From NCBI RefSeq assembly GCF_964204645.1, contig NC_134032.1, positions 2,414,416-2,478,415 on the forward strand: a stretch of 64,000 bases of DNA. The letters run 5' to 3'. Positions 13,331 to 25,019 of the stretch are shown here, one piece after another. Position 1 is the stretch's first letter; each line of letters begins with the position of its first letter. Origin of the DNA: Tubulanus polymorphus. Taxonomy: Eukaryota > Animalia > Nemertea. Made by a program: the position numbers and the translations under genes. The notes under the pieces are model-generated. The model was not told the DNA's origin, did not search any database, and saw nothing but the letters and a program-made list of their open reading frames with translations.

Positions 13331-14449
13331 AACTGCAGAATCTTTTACATGATCATACATCATTATTTCAAAGAAGATATGAACACTCAGTACTTTGATC
13401 AACAAAGCAGTCGAACACGAATCCTCTGGTCGTCAATTTTCGTTCTCCTTCGCCTGCAGCCATGGCGCACACTGACGCAAAAATCCCACAAAGTGGAAGA
13501 ATAAGCTTTAATAACTCACCTAGAAATACATGTTCATTAATAAACCGTAAACCTAGTCTTATCTGTATGAAACGTATTGAGTCGCTACTTAATGAATTAG
13601 AAAACATTCGAATGAATATATGTTTAGAATGAATTGATTTATGATATTTGACTTACTGATCATCGTTGACAATGTATTAAAACCTGGAAAAGGTGTTTTA
13701 AATTATAGGGTTTAAAAGGGAGACGTCAGAGCACAAAACTAGGAACTGCCACTTTAGAATGATAACAAATCGTTTAACTCACGTATTTCGTAGAACTAAC
13801 TGAATTCAGTTGTGATTCTATTTCCGCTGGGTGCTATTATATACGTGGACTAGCGAGACAAGTGTTTTCACAGCAGTAGTAACCGAATATTACAACGTAA
13901 ATTAGACGGTTTGTTCAGTTCAAACAAATGAACGGAATTTGAATCCATTTTCATCGATTTAAATACTTCAACAATTTCAGCTGCGCTATTTTCAAATGAA
14001 TATCTTCCATATATTCTAAATACGTACACATTGCTTCTAACGTAGGCCCACCTAATACGTTGCCCTTGTTATAATGTTCAGTAGATCATTTCCCTGTGCA
14101 TCCTTATCATTTCCCATATATATCCATCTTTTTTATGATATGATACTCTACTAACTGAAATAGCCCATTAGAATGCCAACTTCGTTTTCTGTATTGAGTT
14201 TCTCTAAAAGTGGAATGAAATGATAAATTGTTTAAGCCATCGCTGCTTTGTTTTGTGTTGGTGGTTGGTAGATCAAACCAATTAACTATTTCTTTCTTTT
14301 TCAAAATCGATATATTTATATATAAAGAGGCATTTAAAACTATTTTTGTCTTCATATAGATTTGGTCTAAATTTTACGTAAAAAATGTATCTAAAAATCC
14401 TACCCCCTGACAATTTTTTATAATCTTAAAATTTTTTAAAAAACTTATA

Positions 14450-14630
14450 ACGCTTTTCATGCCTTGGAATCTGTAAAACCTCTGATTATCATGCAGTTCG
14501 TTTGTCCAGGTTTTTGAAAGCCTCAAAATAGAAAAGTCTGCTTTCAAATTGTTCAAAAGATATGAAAATGGTTCAAAATTCACTTTACAACTACGAACGT
14601 TGAAAGCATAGATTGAGATATTATACTTAT
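14450..14630 (-). mobile_element. LINE APE endonuclease N-terminal fragment
   Basis: NISIYAFNVRSCKVNFEPFSYLL..FSILRLSKTW matches the NxRS...LSETW motifs. Confidence 0.6.
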
Positions 14631-15768
14631 CAACCTCTACAGAAGAGTTTTCATCAAATCACTGAGTAATGATTTAAGATCTCGATGATGAATAAGAAAG
14701 TATAGAGTACGTAATAATCATAAATACGTAGCATTTATTTAGACTGATGTTATTGGTAAATCATCCGGAACTGAAATATTATCCTTTTTGGCCAAATGAG
14801 CAATTGGGCTGATACCGGATGGGGATGCCTTGGTTTTTGTTCTTATGCGATGCCAATGCGCGAAGAAAGACTTCTGCAATATTATACAAATTCAACACGA
14901 TGGGACAGATGAATTATTCCACGAAGTCCGATTGCAGGCTCGGAAAGACACGAGGAAAAATGTAATTCTGCATGCCTGTTAACCCGTATGCTTTAATTGT
15001 ACGGGAAATTCAGTTTTTTTTCATGTACTTCGTACATGGATCATTACATGGGAATTTGCAAAAAATAGAAGTGGTTTTTCCATGAATGGGAATGATTGAC
15101 CTGGAGAATAAAGGCGTTCAAATTTTCAAATTCATGCCTTTGAAAGGTTCAACCTTCGTTATTTTGTAAGGTTTTCCAAATTATTCTATGTCTAAACATA
15201 CACGATTACGATGTTAAAGATGACCTTATTCAATGAACAGTGTTGTTCAACTGTAGAATTTTCCATCGTGCCATTTGAGCCGTTTCTTATTGTCGTCCTT
15301 GGCAGTAACATAACTGGCGAGAGATTTTACGGCATTAAGAAATAATCGCTGAATGCTATGGTAACAGATTCTCAATAGATTAATGATGCTGTCGGGCACT
15401 ACGTAGAGTAACATTTGAATACTGCGCTGGCATTACAATTTCAGAAGTATATTACGAAGTAATCAATAACACTGCTTCTATTTGAATCACATTTTACTAA
15501 TAGAAGGAACATAACAATGCGTAAGTTTTGTTTGACAAATTGAATAAAAAAATTAGTCATAAACATAATCCATTTAGAGAATATGAATACTAGCACAACC
15601 CGTCCACGGGAGGGTTTAGATACGAGCTATAGCTACCCGTTACCTCAGAGGAGATTTGCTAAAATATTGTCAGCGGAGGATTCGGGATTTCGGTTAGGGG
15701 TGGACAAAGCAAAGTTTTTGGTCTGGGAGTTCCCCCCGAAATTCTTTTGAATATAAGATGCGCCTGAG

Positions 15769-15995
15769 CGGTGTTGTCATATCGCGGAATCACGGAATCG
15801 CAGCATTTTCCAACAACACGGAATTTCTGCATTCTCCACTATACATAATAACCGTGTTTTTCCGCGGGATAACCCTTGTTGGACCAGGCACCGGACGCAT
15901 GTTTTCATTACCGATACCTGGTAGGCCTATGTGATAATCTATTACCATCGTCACTCAACTAATTAAGGATACTTCCAAACGAAAAAAATGGAGAA
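15769..15995 (+). mobile_element. Diverged left end of the CGGTGTTGTCAT (MULE-like) family
   Basis: Aligns with 5633-5852, including ATGGAGAACCTA at the equivalent position. Confidence 0.7.
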
Positions 15996-16249
15996 CCTAC
16001 GTGGGCAATTAATCTATCAACATTGACTGCTGAACCAATCACAGTAATTTGTGCATCGGGCCTGTACTCAAGGCAGTGCGTCGGGTGAGACCACATATAC
16101 GAGTTCTGTGAATGTTACCATTAATAAACCTTTATACTAATTCAATAAATGCTGCATTGTGAAATAGATATAAAAACGATGGTTATTAAAACTGCACTGT
16201 TTCACTGGTCGTATTATGACCAAACGAGGTACGTTTACATACGGTCAAT

Positions 16250-16372
16250 ATGTACGGTCTGGATTTTTCCTCAATATTTACACATATATCATTCTATATC
16301 GTTTTAAATCAGATGTAACCACATATTACATTCTGCGACTACTTGCAATTGCGGATAATATGTTTATATTAG
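16250..16372 (+). pseudogene. GPCR TM1-TM2 fragment, truncated by a transposon end
   Basis: GFFLNIYTYIILYRFKSDVTTYYILRLLAIADNMFIL shows the GxxxN and LAxxD motifs. Confidence 0.65.
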
Positions 16373-16482
16373 GCACGGGTATCCCCGTGGGAAAACCCGT
16401 TTTCTATTTATAGTAAAAATGAAGAAATTCCGCGTTTTTGGAAAATTCCGCGATTCCGTCTTTCCGCGATATGACAACACCG
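16373..16482 (-). mobile_element. Orphan TIR of the CGGTGTTGTCAT (MULE-like) family
   Basis: Near-identical to the reverse complement of 5633-5740. Confidence 0.85.
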
Positions 16483-16569
16483 AAGAGCGAGGGTGCTGCC
16501 TGTACCAAGAGACCAAAGGAAACTGAGCTCCAGCAAAAGGATACATTTTCGAGTAAATAAGGAACAAAC
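16483..16569 (-). pseudogene. Opsin-like GPCR TM4 fragment (probable continuation of 36923-37009)
   Basis: FTRKCILLLELSFLWSLG followed, after one frameshift, by QAAPSL. Resembles the opsin WxxSLxWAAPPLFGW pattern. Confidence 0.4.
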
Positions 16570-16639
16570 TATGGTGGCTGATTAGGGCCAAGTTAAAAAA
16601 AAAAAATTTCGTGCAATATACCATGCAAAAAATATATTG

Positions 16640-17736
16640 CTTCGTTTCTGCGTCCGTTTCTGCGCGGCGCAAAAACGAAATTTACCGCGCTAAAACGCGC
16701 CAAAACGAGCGCAGAAACGAAATTTCGTTTTAGCGCCCGTTTTGGCGCGTTTCTGCGCGGTGATTTCTCGTTTTTGCGCCGCGCAAAAACGAAGTTCGTT
16801 TCTGCGTCCGTTTTTGCGCCGCGCAAAAACGAAATTTACCGCGCAGAAACGCGCCAAAACGAGCGCAGAAACGAACGTTCGTTTTAGCGCCCGTTTTGGC
16901 GCGTTTTAGCGCGGTGATTTCTCGTTTTTGCGCCCCGCAAAAACGAACTTCGTTTCTGCGTCCGTTTTTGCGGGGCGCCAAAACGAAATTTACCGTGCAG
17001 AAACGCGCCAAAACGAGCGCAGAAACGAACCTTCGTTTTAGCGCCCGTTTTGGCGCGTTTTAGCGCGGTGATTTCTCGTTTTTGCGCCGCGCAAAAACGA
17101 ACTTCGTTTCTGCGTCCGTTTTTGCGCCGCGCAAAAACGAAATTTACCGCGCAGAAACGCGCCAAGACGAGCGCAGAAACGAACCTTCGTTTTAGCGCCC
17201 GTTTTGGCGCGTTTTAGCGCGGTGATTTCTCGTTTTTGCGCCGCGCAAAAACGAAGTTCGTTTCTGCGTCCGTTTTTGCGCCGCGCAAAAACGAAATTTA
17301 CCGCGCAGAAACGCGCCAAAACGAGCGCAGAAACGAACCTTCGTTTTAGCGCCCGTTTTGGCGCGTTTTAGCGCGGTGATTTCTCGTTTTTGCGCCCCGC
17401 AAAAACGAAGTTCGTTTGTGCGTCCGTTTTTGCGGGGCGCAAAAACGAAATTTACCGCGCAGAAACGCGCCAAAACGAGCGCAGAAACGAACGTTCGTTT
17501 TAGCGCCCGTTTTGGCGCGTTTTAGCGCGGTGATTTCTCGTTTTTGCGCCCCGCAAAAACGAACTTCGTTTCTGCGTCCGTTTTGCGGGGCGCAAAAACG
17601 AAATTTACCGCGCTGAAACGCGCCAAAACGAGCGCAGAAACGAACTTTCGTTTTAGCGCCCGTTTTGGCGCGTTTTAGCGCGGTGATTTCTCATTTTTGC
17701 GCCCCGCAAAAACGAACTTCGTTTCTGCGTCCATTT
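16640..17736 (+). repeat. Left subterminal array, ~7 x 154-bp CpG-rich palindromic unit
   Basis: Exact 154-bp period (track ORFs recur at 16730, 16884, 17038, 17192). Built from GCGCNNAAACG motifs in both orientations. Confidence 0.95.
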
Positions 17737-18376
17737 TTACCACGTGGTGCAGTCCCGAGCCGTGCATTCTAGGTCACAACGGCACCACGTTCGGGGCCCA
17801 TCTCTAAAGTTCAACACTTCATCCTAAAACGTAGCCTATTTTAGAGGCCAAGGCACTAATTCACTTACTTGACTAACTAGCCCCCACTTCCCGAAATCGT
17901 GGAAAAACAAGAAAACTAAATTGAAAGTTTATTGACGGCGTGAAAAACATTGAATTGATCAGTAAGCCCATTAATGGCGAAAAAATTATTAAATAGAAAA
18001 TATATCATGAAATTTGTCTAATTACAATAAACGCCATATAATTCAAAATTTTGTTAGGTCTATCTAAACGCCGATATTGATGCCCAGTGCACATCGAGTT
18101 ATGAACTCCCTTGAGTTTTTATTTTCGAAGATCTAATTCATGGTTGCGTGCTTTTGGAAACAGAATGGTTCAACTCGATTTATTTTCAAATTAAACGATT
18201 AACTCTGGCATCATAGTGTCTGGGCCCTTCTATTCTCATCTAATAGAAGTGTCATTTTTCTGTAAAAGAAGGGTGCTCTTTAAAATCATCGGGAAGAGGG
18301 TTTCGAGGACTAGAAGATATTCGTTTTCTATAGAAGTTTTGAGACGACCCCTGTATCGATCGCCTTCTTCGCAATC

Positions 18377-18412
18377 ATGGACGCTGTTGAGGTGAGCTTT
18401 TTCTCTTGTTAT

Positions 18413-18443
<31 letters not shown>

Positions 18444-21400
18444 GATACTTTATCAGTGACCCGATTTTATTGTGGTCATCTCAAAGGAACTACTCAATAC
18501 TATACGTATATATTTTCATCGTCTGTTGGCCTACATTGATTTGGGATATAATAGCACGTGCGTACCGGTATGTTAACCAGGTAGCCTACGTTGCTATGGA
18601 TATCGCGCTGGAAACCCGAAAAGGGCGCTGCCGGTCAAAATTTTCCCGGGCCTCATAGAATTGGTAAAAATGAATAAATCAAAGGCCTTTAAAGCAAAGA
18701 CAATTGTAATTTTACAAAACTATCCGTGATAGTGAGGGCCCGGTCCATAATTTATATATCCGAAGTGTACGGTAATTCCCGATGGCGATATCGGAGTTAC
18801 TATGCTCCGACGTGTGCTCCGACGGCTCCAAATCACACTCCTTTTCTGTGTCAATTTCGGTTCCAGCAACACGTCAAGGTCGTATGAACCCAGAAGTAAA
18901 TTGTAATTCGTTTTTCAGCTTGTGGATATATTACAGGAACTTGGTCTCGGGCAATTCATTAGTATATTCAAAGAACAGAAGGTAAGTAGTAGTGCTGGCC
19001 TGGCTCAGATTGCTAACAAGTAGTTAATATGTAATAGATGAAATCTAGATAAGTGTAATAAATCTAAATAATATATTTTTCTGCAAGAAAATTTACCGAA
19101 AATTCCCTAGGAAAACATTATTAATACAATTAGTTACAAAATTGATTTGAAAAAAATTTTTCTGTCAAAATATCGCGCGAGCCGGGAATGTACGGTTCAA
19201 AATAAATGGTGTACGTGGCTGAGAGTTCCATTTTTGGTGAGAAAGGGGCGGCAACTACATGTTTTGCCGACCGCGACGTTGCTGCTCGAGCGAGGTGCCT
19301 GTTCGCCGCAAGGCTTTAAGGCAAATCGCTTCTACAGGGACTCTCATCGAGGTTTAAGGGTCAAACGACATTAAATCTGATAAAAGAAATATATTTCAGA
19401 CACATTGTAGTATCCACATATACGCGTCCCATCTATTAAGTTGTAGCTTATGGGCTATAGCTGTTATTTAATCAATTCATATCTTTACTCTAGATCGGCT
19501 TAGAAGATGTAGAGATGTTGAGCGATGAAGATTTTTGTACGATAGGAATCACAACGGTTGGTGACCGAAATCGTCTGAAACAACGATGCAGAGTAGCTCG
19601 GAACAGTACTGGTAAGTGATCTGATTATACTAAGAATTTGTTCTATTATTAATCTCTCATTAATCTACATTTGCCTAATTCTAAAAAGTAGAAACAGTTC
19701 ATGCATTAATCTGTGGATTCTGATTGTGAAAAATATGGAGCCGTGCATAAAGTACGTATGCCCATAGGGGAAGGGGGGTTTTAAAATCCGTACAAAAACG
19801 TACAGGGGGAGGGGAGGGGTGAGCTAAAAGTGTACATACTTTCTAAGGGGGGAAGTTTATTATGATTTTTACAAATATCCCCTATGTTTCTTGGGATTTC
19901 CCAGGAATTTTCACTTTGTCGATACGGTACATCGTCGTCGGAGCTCTGATGAAGGCTGGAGAATTTTGCCTTCTTTAAACCATGAATCCTGAAAAATTTA
20001 GTTTTATAGGGAGGGGGGTTATTTAGTATTTACTGAAGTATTTACTCAAGTGGGTTATAAAAATGTACAGATAGCGTACATGGGGGGAAGGGGGGTTAAA
20101 AATACCCAGAAGTCAAGCGTACGCACTTTAAATGGATAATTTTAAAATTTGATTCCAGCATTTTACTATATGAATTCTTATTTCAGGGACAAGTTCAAGC
20201 AGCGTCCTTCACAGACTTCACTCGTACCGGCGACTGAAAACTAAACAAGGCGTAAGCAACAAGGATAAAGCAGCTGAGAATAGTAAAATAGGAAACCAAA
20301 ACGCTGTCAAAACAACTTACAAAATTCGAATTGGGTGGAAACATGCGAAGGCAAACGGCAAATACGAACTGGTGCCAATCAGTAGAGGAGGAGGATCGTT
20401 TAAATTGGACTTAGAAAAATCCCTCAGTTACGAAGAACTAAAACAAGAGTTACAAAACTATTTTCTTCCGAATGGTTTGTCACGAGCCAATAATGTACAA
20501 TGCTCCGATCTTACGGATGTTTACGTCGGTGATTTTACTGGGAAGTCCGTACCAAATCTTATAAATGGAGAACCATTCTGTCTCGGGACTTATGCGACAT
20601 CGGTGAACAATTTTCCCATAAGACTTTATCTACATACGCGTTGTGAAGAACTGTCGACACATGAAGCAGATACGGACCCTTTATCAGCTGTCGGATCTCA
20701 TCAGCCTTCGGTCACCAGTCAACCTAACCAGTCAACCCCCTCACAGTCAGCACTCGGTCAAACAATTGGAAGTTCAATATCAGCATTCGGATCTCATCAG
20801 CCTTCGGTCACCAGTCAACCTAACCAGTCAACCCCCTCACAGTCAGCACTCGGTCAAACAATTGGAAGTTCAATATCAGCATTCGGATCTCATCAGCCTT
20901 CGGTCACCAGTCAACCTAACCAGTCAACCCCCTCACATTCAGCACTCGGTCAAACAATTGGAAGTTCAATATCAGCATTCGGATCTCATCAGCCTTCGGT
21001 CACCAGTCAACCTAACCAGTCAACCCCCTCACAGTCAGCACTTGATTTCACCACTGGACTCTCTTACCCGCCTTTCCAAACCGGTCAACCTAACCAATCA
21101 ACCCCCTCACAGTCAGCACTCGGCCAAACAAATGGAAGTTCGATGTCAGCATTTCTTTTCTCTTCTGACGAGTTTCGCCCCCCTGAAATTCATCAGATGA
21201 TGGAACAACCAACAACACAGAATCAGCACATTCAGATGAACCAAGTAGCTGTTGCAAGTACTTCTCAACATTCTGCGACTGTTCTCAGTCCAATAGCAGG
21301 CTCGGTTTCAGATCAGGACTCTATTATTGACGGTGCTAGTAGTACAATTATCATTCGTGACACAGACGATCTCATGACACTCAGAGATATATTGAACATG

Positions 21401-23860
21401 CTTCAGCCCGATGAACACGCAAATGGGGTAAATTTGATAAATGTAGGGGACCGCAGTGAGGCACTCTACGTCGGATTTCGAGCTGCTTTAAGAAGACAGT
21501 GGTGCGCCCGAAACAGATTAAACGTATTGTTTGAGGCGGAATTTGCAATTGATGGAGGTGGTCCAACGAGAGAATTTCTTACTTTATTCGTCAAACAGCT
21601 GAGTAATTCGTGTTTGTTCGCTGGAAATGAAGAGAAAAAATTCTTGGCTTTGAGCGCATCAGGTGAATATCTATCGGCACATCATTTCATCTCAAAAACT
21701 CATACAGCTCCCAAAAATTGTTGTTTATATAATCACATACTAATCACTTGGCATCATTCAACAGCTTATTGGTAAGAATGATTAACCTGTAGTTTACCAT
21801 CGCGAATCTCTGGAAAAATATTTATTACAGTAATTGGTGACACTTGTCTTAAACAAGGACGGCTCAGTATGCATTATGCTAGACTGACAGAAATGTGTAA
21901 AAGGAAGAAAAATTAAACAAAAATAATTTATACATTGTAAGTGTATCACAGAATGATTAATTAATTGTATTCCATTAATTCAAGCCGTTGAAAAGCAGTA
22001 TTATCTGGCAGCTGGACGCATACTTTCGTACAGCATAACGCACAGAGGACCACTACCAACCTTCTTGGATCCATTTACGTATGCGATGATTGCAAACGAG
22101 ACTAGAGGGAATAAGATACCGTTGGAAGCTTGCGGGGATGAGAAAGATACTTTAGAACAGGTAAGGAAATGTCTTCTTAATCTGATACATTTTTATAAAG
22201 AAAAAATTACGTCTTGAACGTAGCTTAGAAACGCAGCCAAGCCTTCATGTAAACAAATTTCCCCAGATGATGGGCAAGATCAAGTAAACATGTATTCACA
22301 GCAACAGTTATCTTTTTTCTCTGAATTCTATCAAAAATACATGTATTTTTGATTCTATAGATAGCAGGATGTGAAGATGAAGAAAGCTTCAACGAGATGG
22401 TGGCAAAACATGAATGCGTCATCTCAGTTTCTGGCTGCATGACTCTGGCAACATATAACAACAAGGAGCGACTAATCAAAGGACTATGTAAATTTCTGGC
22501 TGTTCAGCGACTGAGTGTACCTTTGGCACAGTAAGTTCAGTGCCTTTATATTATATATGTTGTATTTTGTGGACACAAGTATTATCTCAAAGGCAATTCG
22601 GACATTTATAATATAGCTATATAGATTCACACCTCAATTATTGTCTTCCTGTTTGGGGCCTATGATTTCTAAACAATAAATCAATACGTTAACTAAATTG
22701 CGGAAAAAGCTGTTCGGGTAATAACTAATTCAAAATACAATGCTTCGATCTCACCGCTTTTTGAAAACTTTAAAATCTTGAAATTTGATAACATGATAAA
22801 CCTGGAACTTATTATGCTCGTATATTCTTTCCTTAGGCCTACTCCCAATGGCAATAAGTAATTTAATAGTAATTCAGTTCATCATCCATATAATACAAGT
22901 GGCTGCAACATTCGAGCCATTACATAAATAAAGAATAATTAGGGTTAACGATACACAGCAGGGCTACATCAGTGGACAGACTACATGTTTTTTCACTTAA
23001 ATAATTCTTTAAAAATGGCCACCAAACTATAGAAATTAAAAATGCATTATATAATTGATTGAGTCGATGAGATGCCACGATTTGCTTTAAAATGTATCAT
23101 TCCTTTCAGGTTAAAATCTGGATTGGAGGATAATGGCGTGTTATTTTACATAACCGCATACCCACATCTTTTTAAAGATGCGTTTTGTAAACTGGAAGGC
23201 AGAAAATATACAGCCGAGGATGTGTATGCTCTATTCGACATGGAACAAACCTACTGGAGCGAACCAGAATCAAATCGATTACGTTTGGAAAACAGAGCAT
23301 ACGGATATTTCAAGGAATATATCCTTGATATCGAAGGTAAATTTAGCCATGTTGTAATTTTTAGCCCACTTGGGACTTTAGCTGTAATAGACAGTAATAC
23401 CAATTTTTAGCCCACTTGGAACTTGAGTCTCAGCGGGCTATTGCGTTCACTTTTCATTCGTCCCTAGACAGAATCCAGTTAGTTTGAGAAATTTTGAAGA
23501 CGCTTCTATGGATCCTTTTGATATTTGGTGGTTCTAAAATGTGGTTGCTTTACAACCAGGTGGCGTTTTTCATAGCAAATTAAGTATTTTTCTGATTAAA
23601 TTTGTTTTTTAGGTGAATTCATTACGGATTTCATACGTTTCATCACTGGCCTAGAAGAGATTCCAGTTTTAGGGTTCAGCCCTAAATTAACCCTGCAGTT
23701 TCGACATCGGGGAGATATTGGTGACTGTACTAAAGACTTTCCCATTGCAAACACATGCGGCAATGTTCTTTCGGTGCCGGTACACAATTCTTACGAATTG
23801 TTTAAATTTTATATGGATGCAGCAATAAAAAATGCCAGCCAAACTTTCACTGAGGCATAG
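18377..23860 (+). CDS. SAM-domain HECT E3 ubiquitin ligase (G2E3-like HECT), 8 exons, 830 aa
   Basis: Exons 18377-18391, 18919-18981, 19494-19611, 20187-21662, 21985-22160, 22361-22530, 23110-23336, 23613-23860. All introns GT-AG with matching phases; 2493 nt with no internal stop. SAM: LVDILQELGLGQFISIFKEQKIGLEDVEMLSDEDFCTIGITTVGDRNRL. HECT: AIDGGGPTREF, YYLAAGRIL, FITG..IPVLGF, FPIANTC, C-terminal FTEA*. Confidence 0.85.
18415..18442. repeat. (CAT)n microsatellite in intron 1 of the HECT gene
   Basis: Direct reading. Confidence 0.9.
19736..20137. mobile_element. Harbinger-like MITE in intron 3 of the HECT gene
   Basis: Imperfect TIRs GGAGCCGTGCATAAAGTACGTATGC / GCGTACGCACTTTAAATGGA, with G-rich subterminal tracts. 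Confidence 0.55.
20693..21153 (+). repeat. Coding 96-bp (32-aa) tandem repeat, ~3.7 near-identical copies plus a diverged partial copy
   Basis: GSHQPSVTSQPNQSTPSQSALGQTIGSSISAF units start at 20693, 20789, 20885 and 20981. Confidence 0.95.
23357..23470 (+). mobile_element. Helentron/HINE-type 5' end fragment in intron 7 of the HECT gene
   Basis: TTTTAGCCCACTTGG...CAGCGGGCTATTGCGTTCACTTTTCA matches the reverse complement of 26625-26680. Confidence 0.6.
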
Positions 23861-24586
23861 GTCATAACCGTGATTTGCTGGATTATAATCTGTTAAACTG
23901 TTTGTAGACTTTACTTCTAGTTACATGTGTGACACTGCATTATCTACTGTTTTAAGTAAAAGTGATTATGCTAGCTTAGATTTTATGGTATTGATTACGG
24001 TTATAAATGCACTAAAATGTTTTTACAATTCATTGATGGACGACTAAGTATTATGGAAACGAAACTTAGGATAATCTACTGTTTAACATTAACTTTTTTT
24101 TTATTGATTGCCTAGGGATGACTAAGCAATCTGTTTAAAATACTACCTATTGTGTGCTAGCACATCAAAGTATGAATGTTAAGGTCATTTTATGAAGACA
24201 AAGTTATATGCCTGACACATTTTTTAATGTTTATTTCCCCACAGTGGTTGAATATAACAATAAAATTTATTGCCAGTTAATAGAAATATAATCGCTTTCT
24301 CTTGATGTTTGTCGGCATTCTGGTTGAGACTGTTTGTTCTTCAAGAGAAACCATTAAGTTAAACAGAACAACTCAAAACTAAAGTCAGTGTTGATCATGA
24401 GTTGGATATGCTGAGACTTGATTGTGTTAATAGATTAGATTAGCAGAATTAGATGCCAATTGGTCAATTTAACCCACCACTATTGATTGATAGTAGTTGA
24501 ATAAACACTCTAATCCGTGTAGACTGTACATAATTGAAGAAGTCCCACAATTTGAATTTTAAATAATAGAATTTATTAAAACGAGA

Positions 24587-24628
24587 CCACAACGTTTTGG
24601 CTGTTGATTAACAGCCATCATCAGGTGG
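24587..24628 (-). ncRNA. Degenerate minimal hammerhead ribozyme motif at a Penelope-like end
   Basis: CCAC-CUGAUGA-U-GGCUGUU/AACAGCC-AAAAC-GUU-GUGG. Stems I and II pair, but the core GAAA is mutated to AAAA. Confidence 0.5.
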
Positions 24629-25019
24629 AATGACCAGAAATACAAGTAACCTAAAGTATATAAACTCGCATGATGAAAAACAGAAGCTAATGTGTCAGAA
24701 CTAAAGAAACAGACAGCAATAAAAACATCCAAGGGTACCAGTAGGACTTCTTCAATTAACCATTGATTGAGTTTAGATACCATTCAAATATGTTTCGATA
24801 AGAACAACATGTAAAGGCTTTGCCCAAGACAACTGCCTTCAATAAATAGATATTTCCACCAAGAGACGTATTCTAACATTGTTGAATATGTGTCCGCCAG
24901 CAAGTCTACAAGAATAAAGATCTAATAAGAAGTATCTTGGAAAATATGAATTTATTCTGTCTTTATCTTCCAATATATACATACAGTACTAACATGTATA
25001 CAAAATACATTTTACACAT

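Noticed and set aside
15769-16482. A complete second MULE-like element
   Set aside because: The two TIRs differ in divergence, the flanks (GCGCCTGAG versus AAGAGCGAG) show no TSD, and a GPCR fragment lies between. More likely two separate remnants.
16364-17616. Repeating 77-134-aa Arg/Ala/Phe-rich ORFs here and at 35782-37068
   Set aside because: Artefacts of translating the 154-bp repeat, mostly from non-ATG starts.
16640-17736. CRISPR-like appearance of the regular palindromic array (also 35905-36852 and 37640-37900)
   Set aside because: Units are contiguous with no unique spacers, there are no cas genes, and the context is eukaryotic.
18377-18658. 93-aa ORF with poly-Ile
   Set aside because: Only the first five codons are exonic. 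The rest reads through intron 1 and its (CAT)n repeat.
20643-21200. 185-aa overlapping ORF in the HECT exon
   Set aside because: An alternate frame kept open by the 96-bp repeat, with no ATG start or domain signal.
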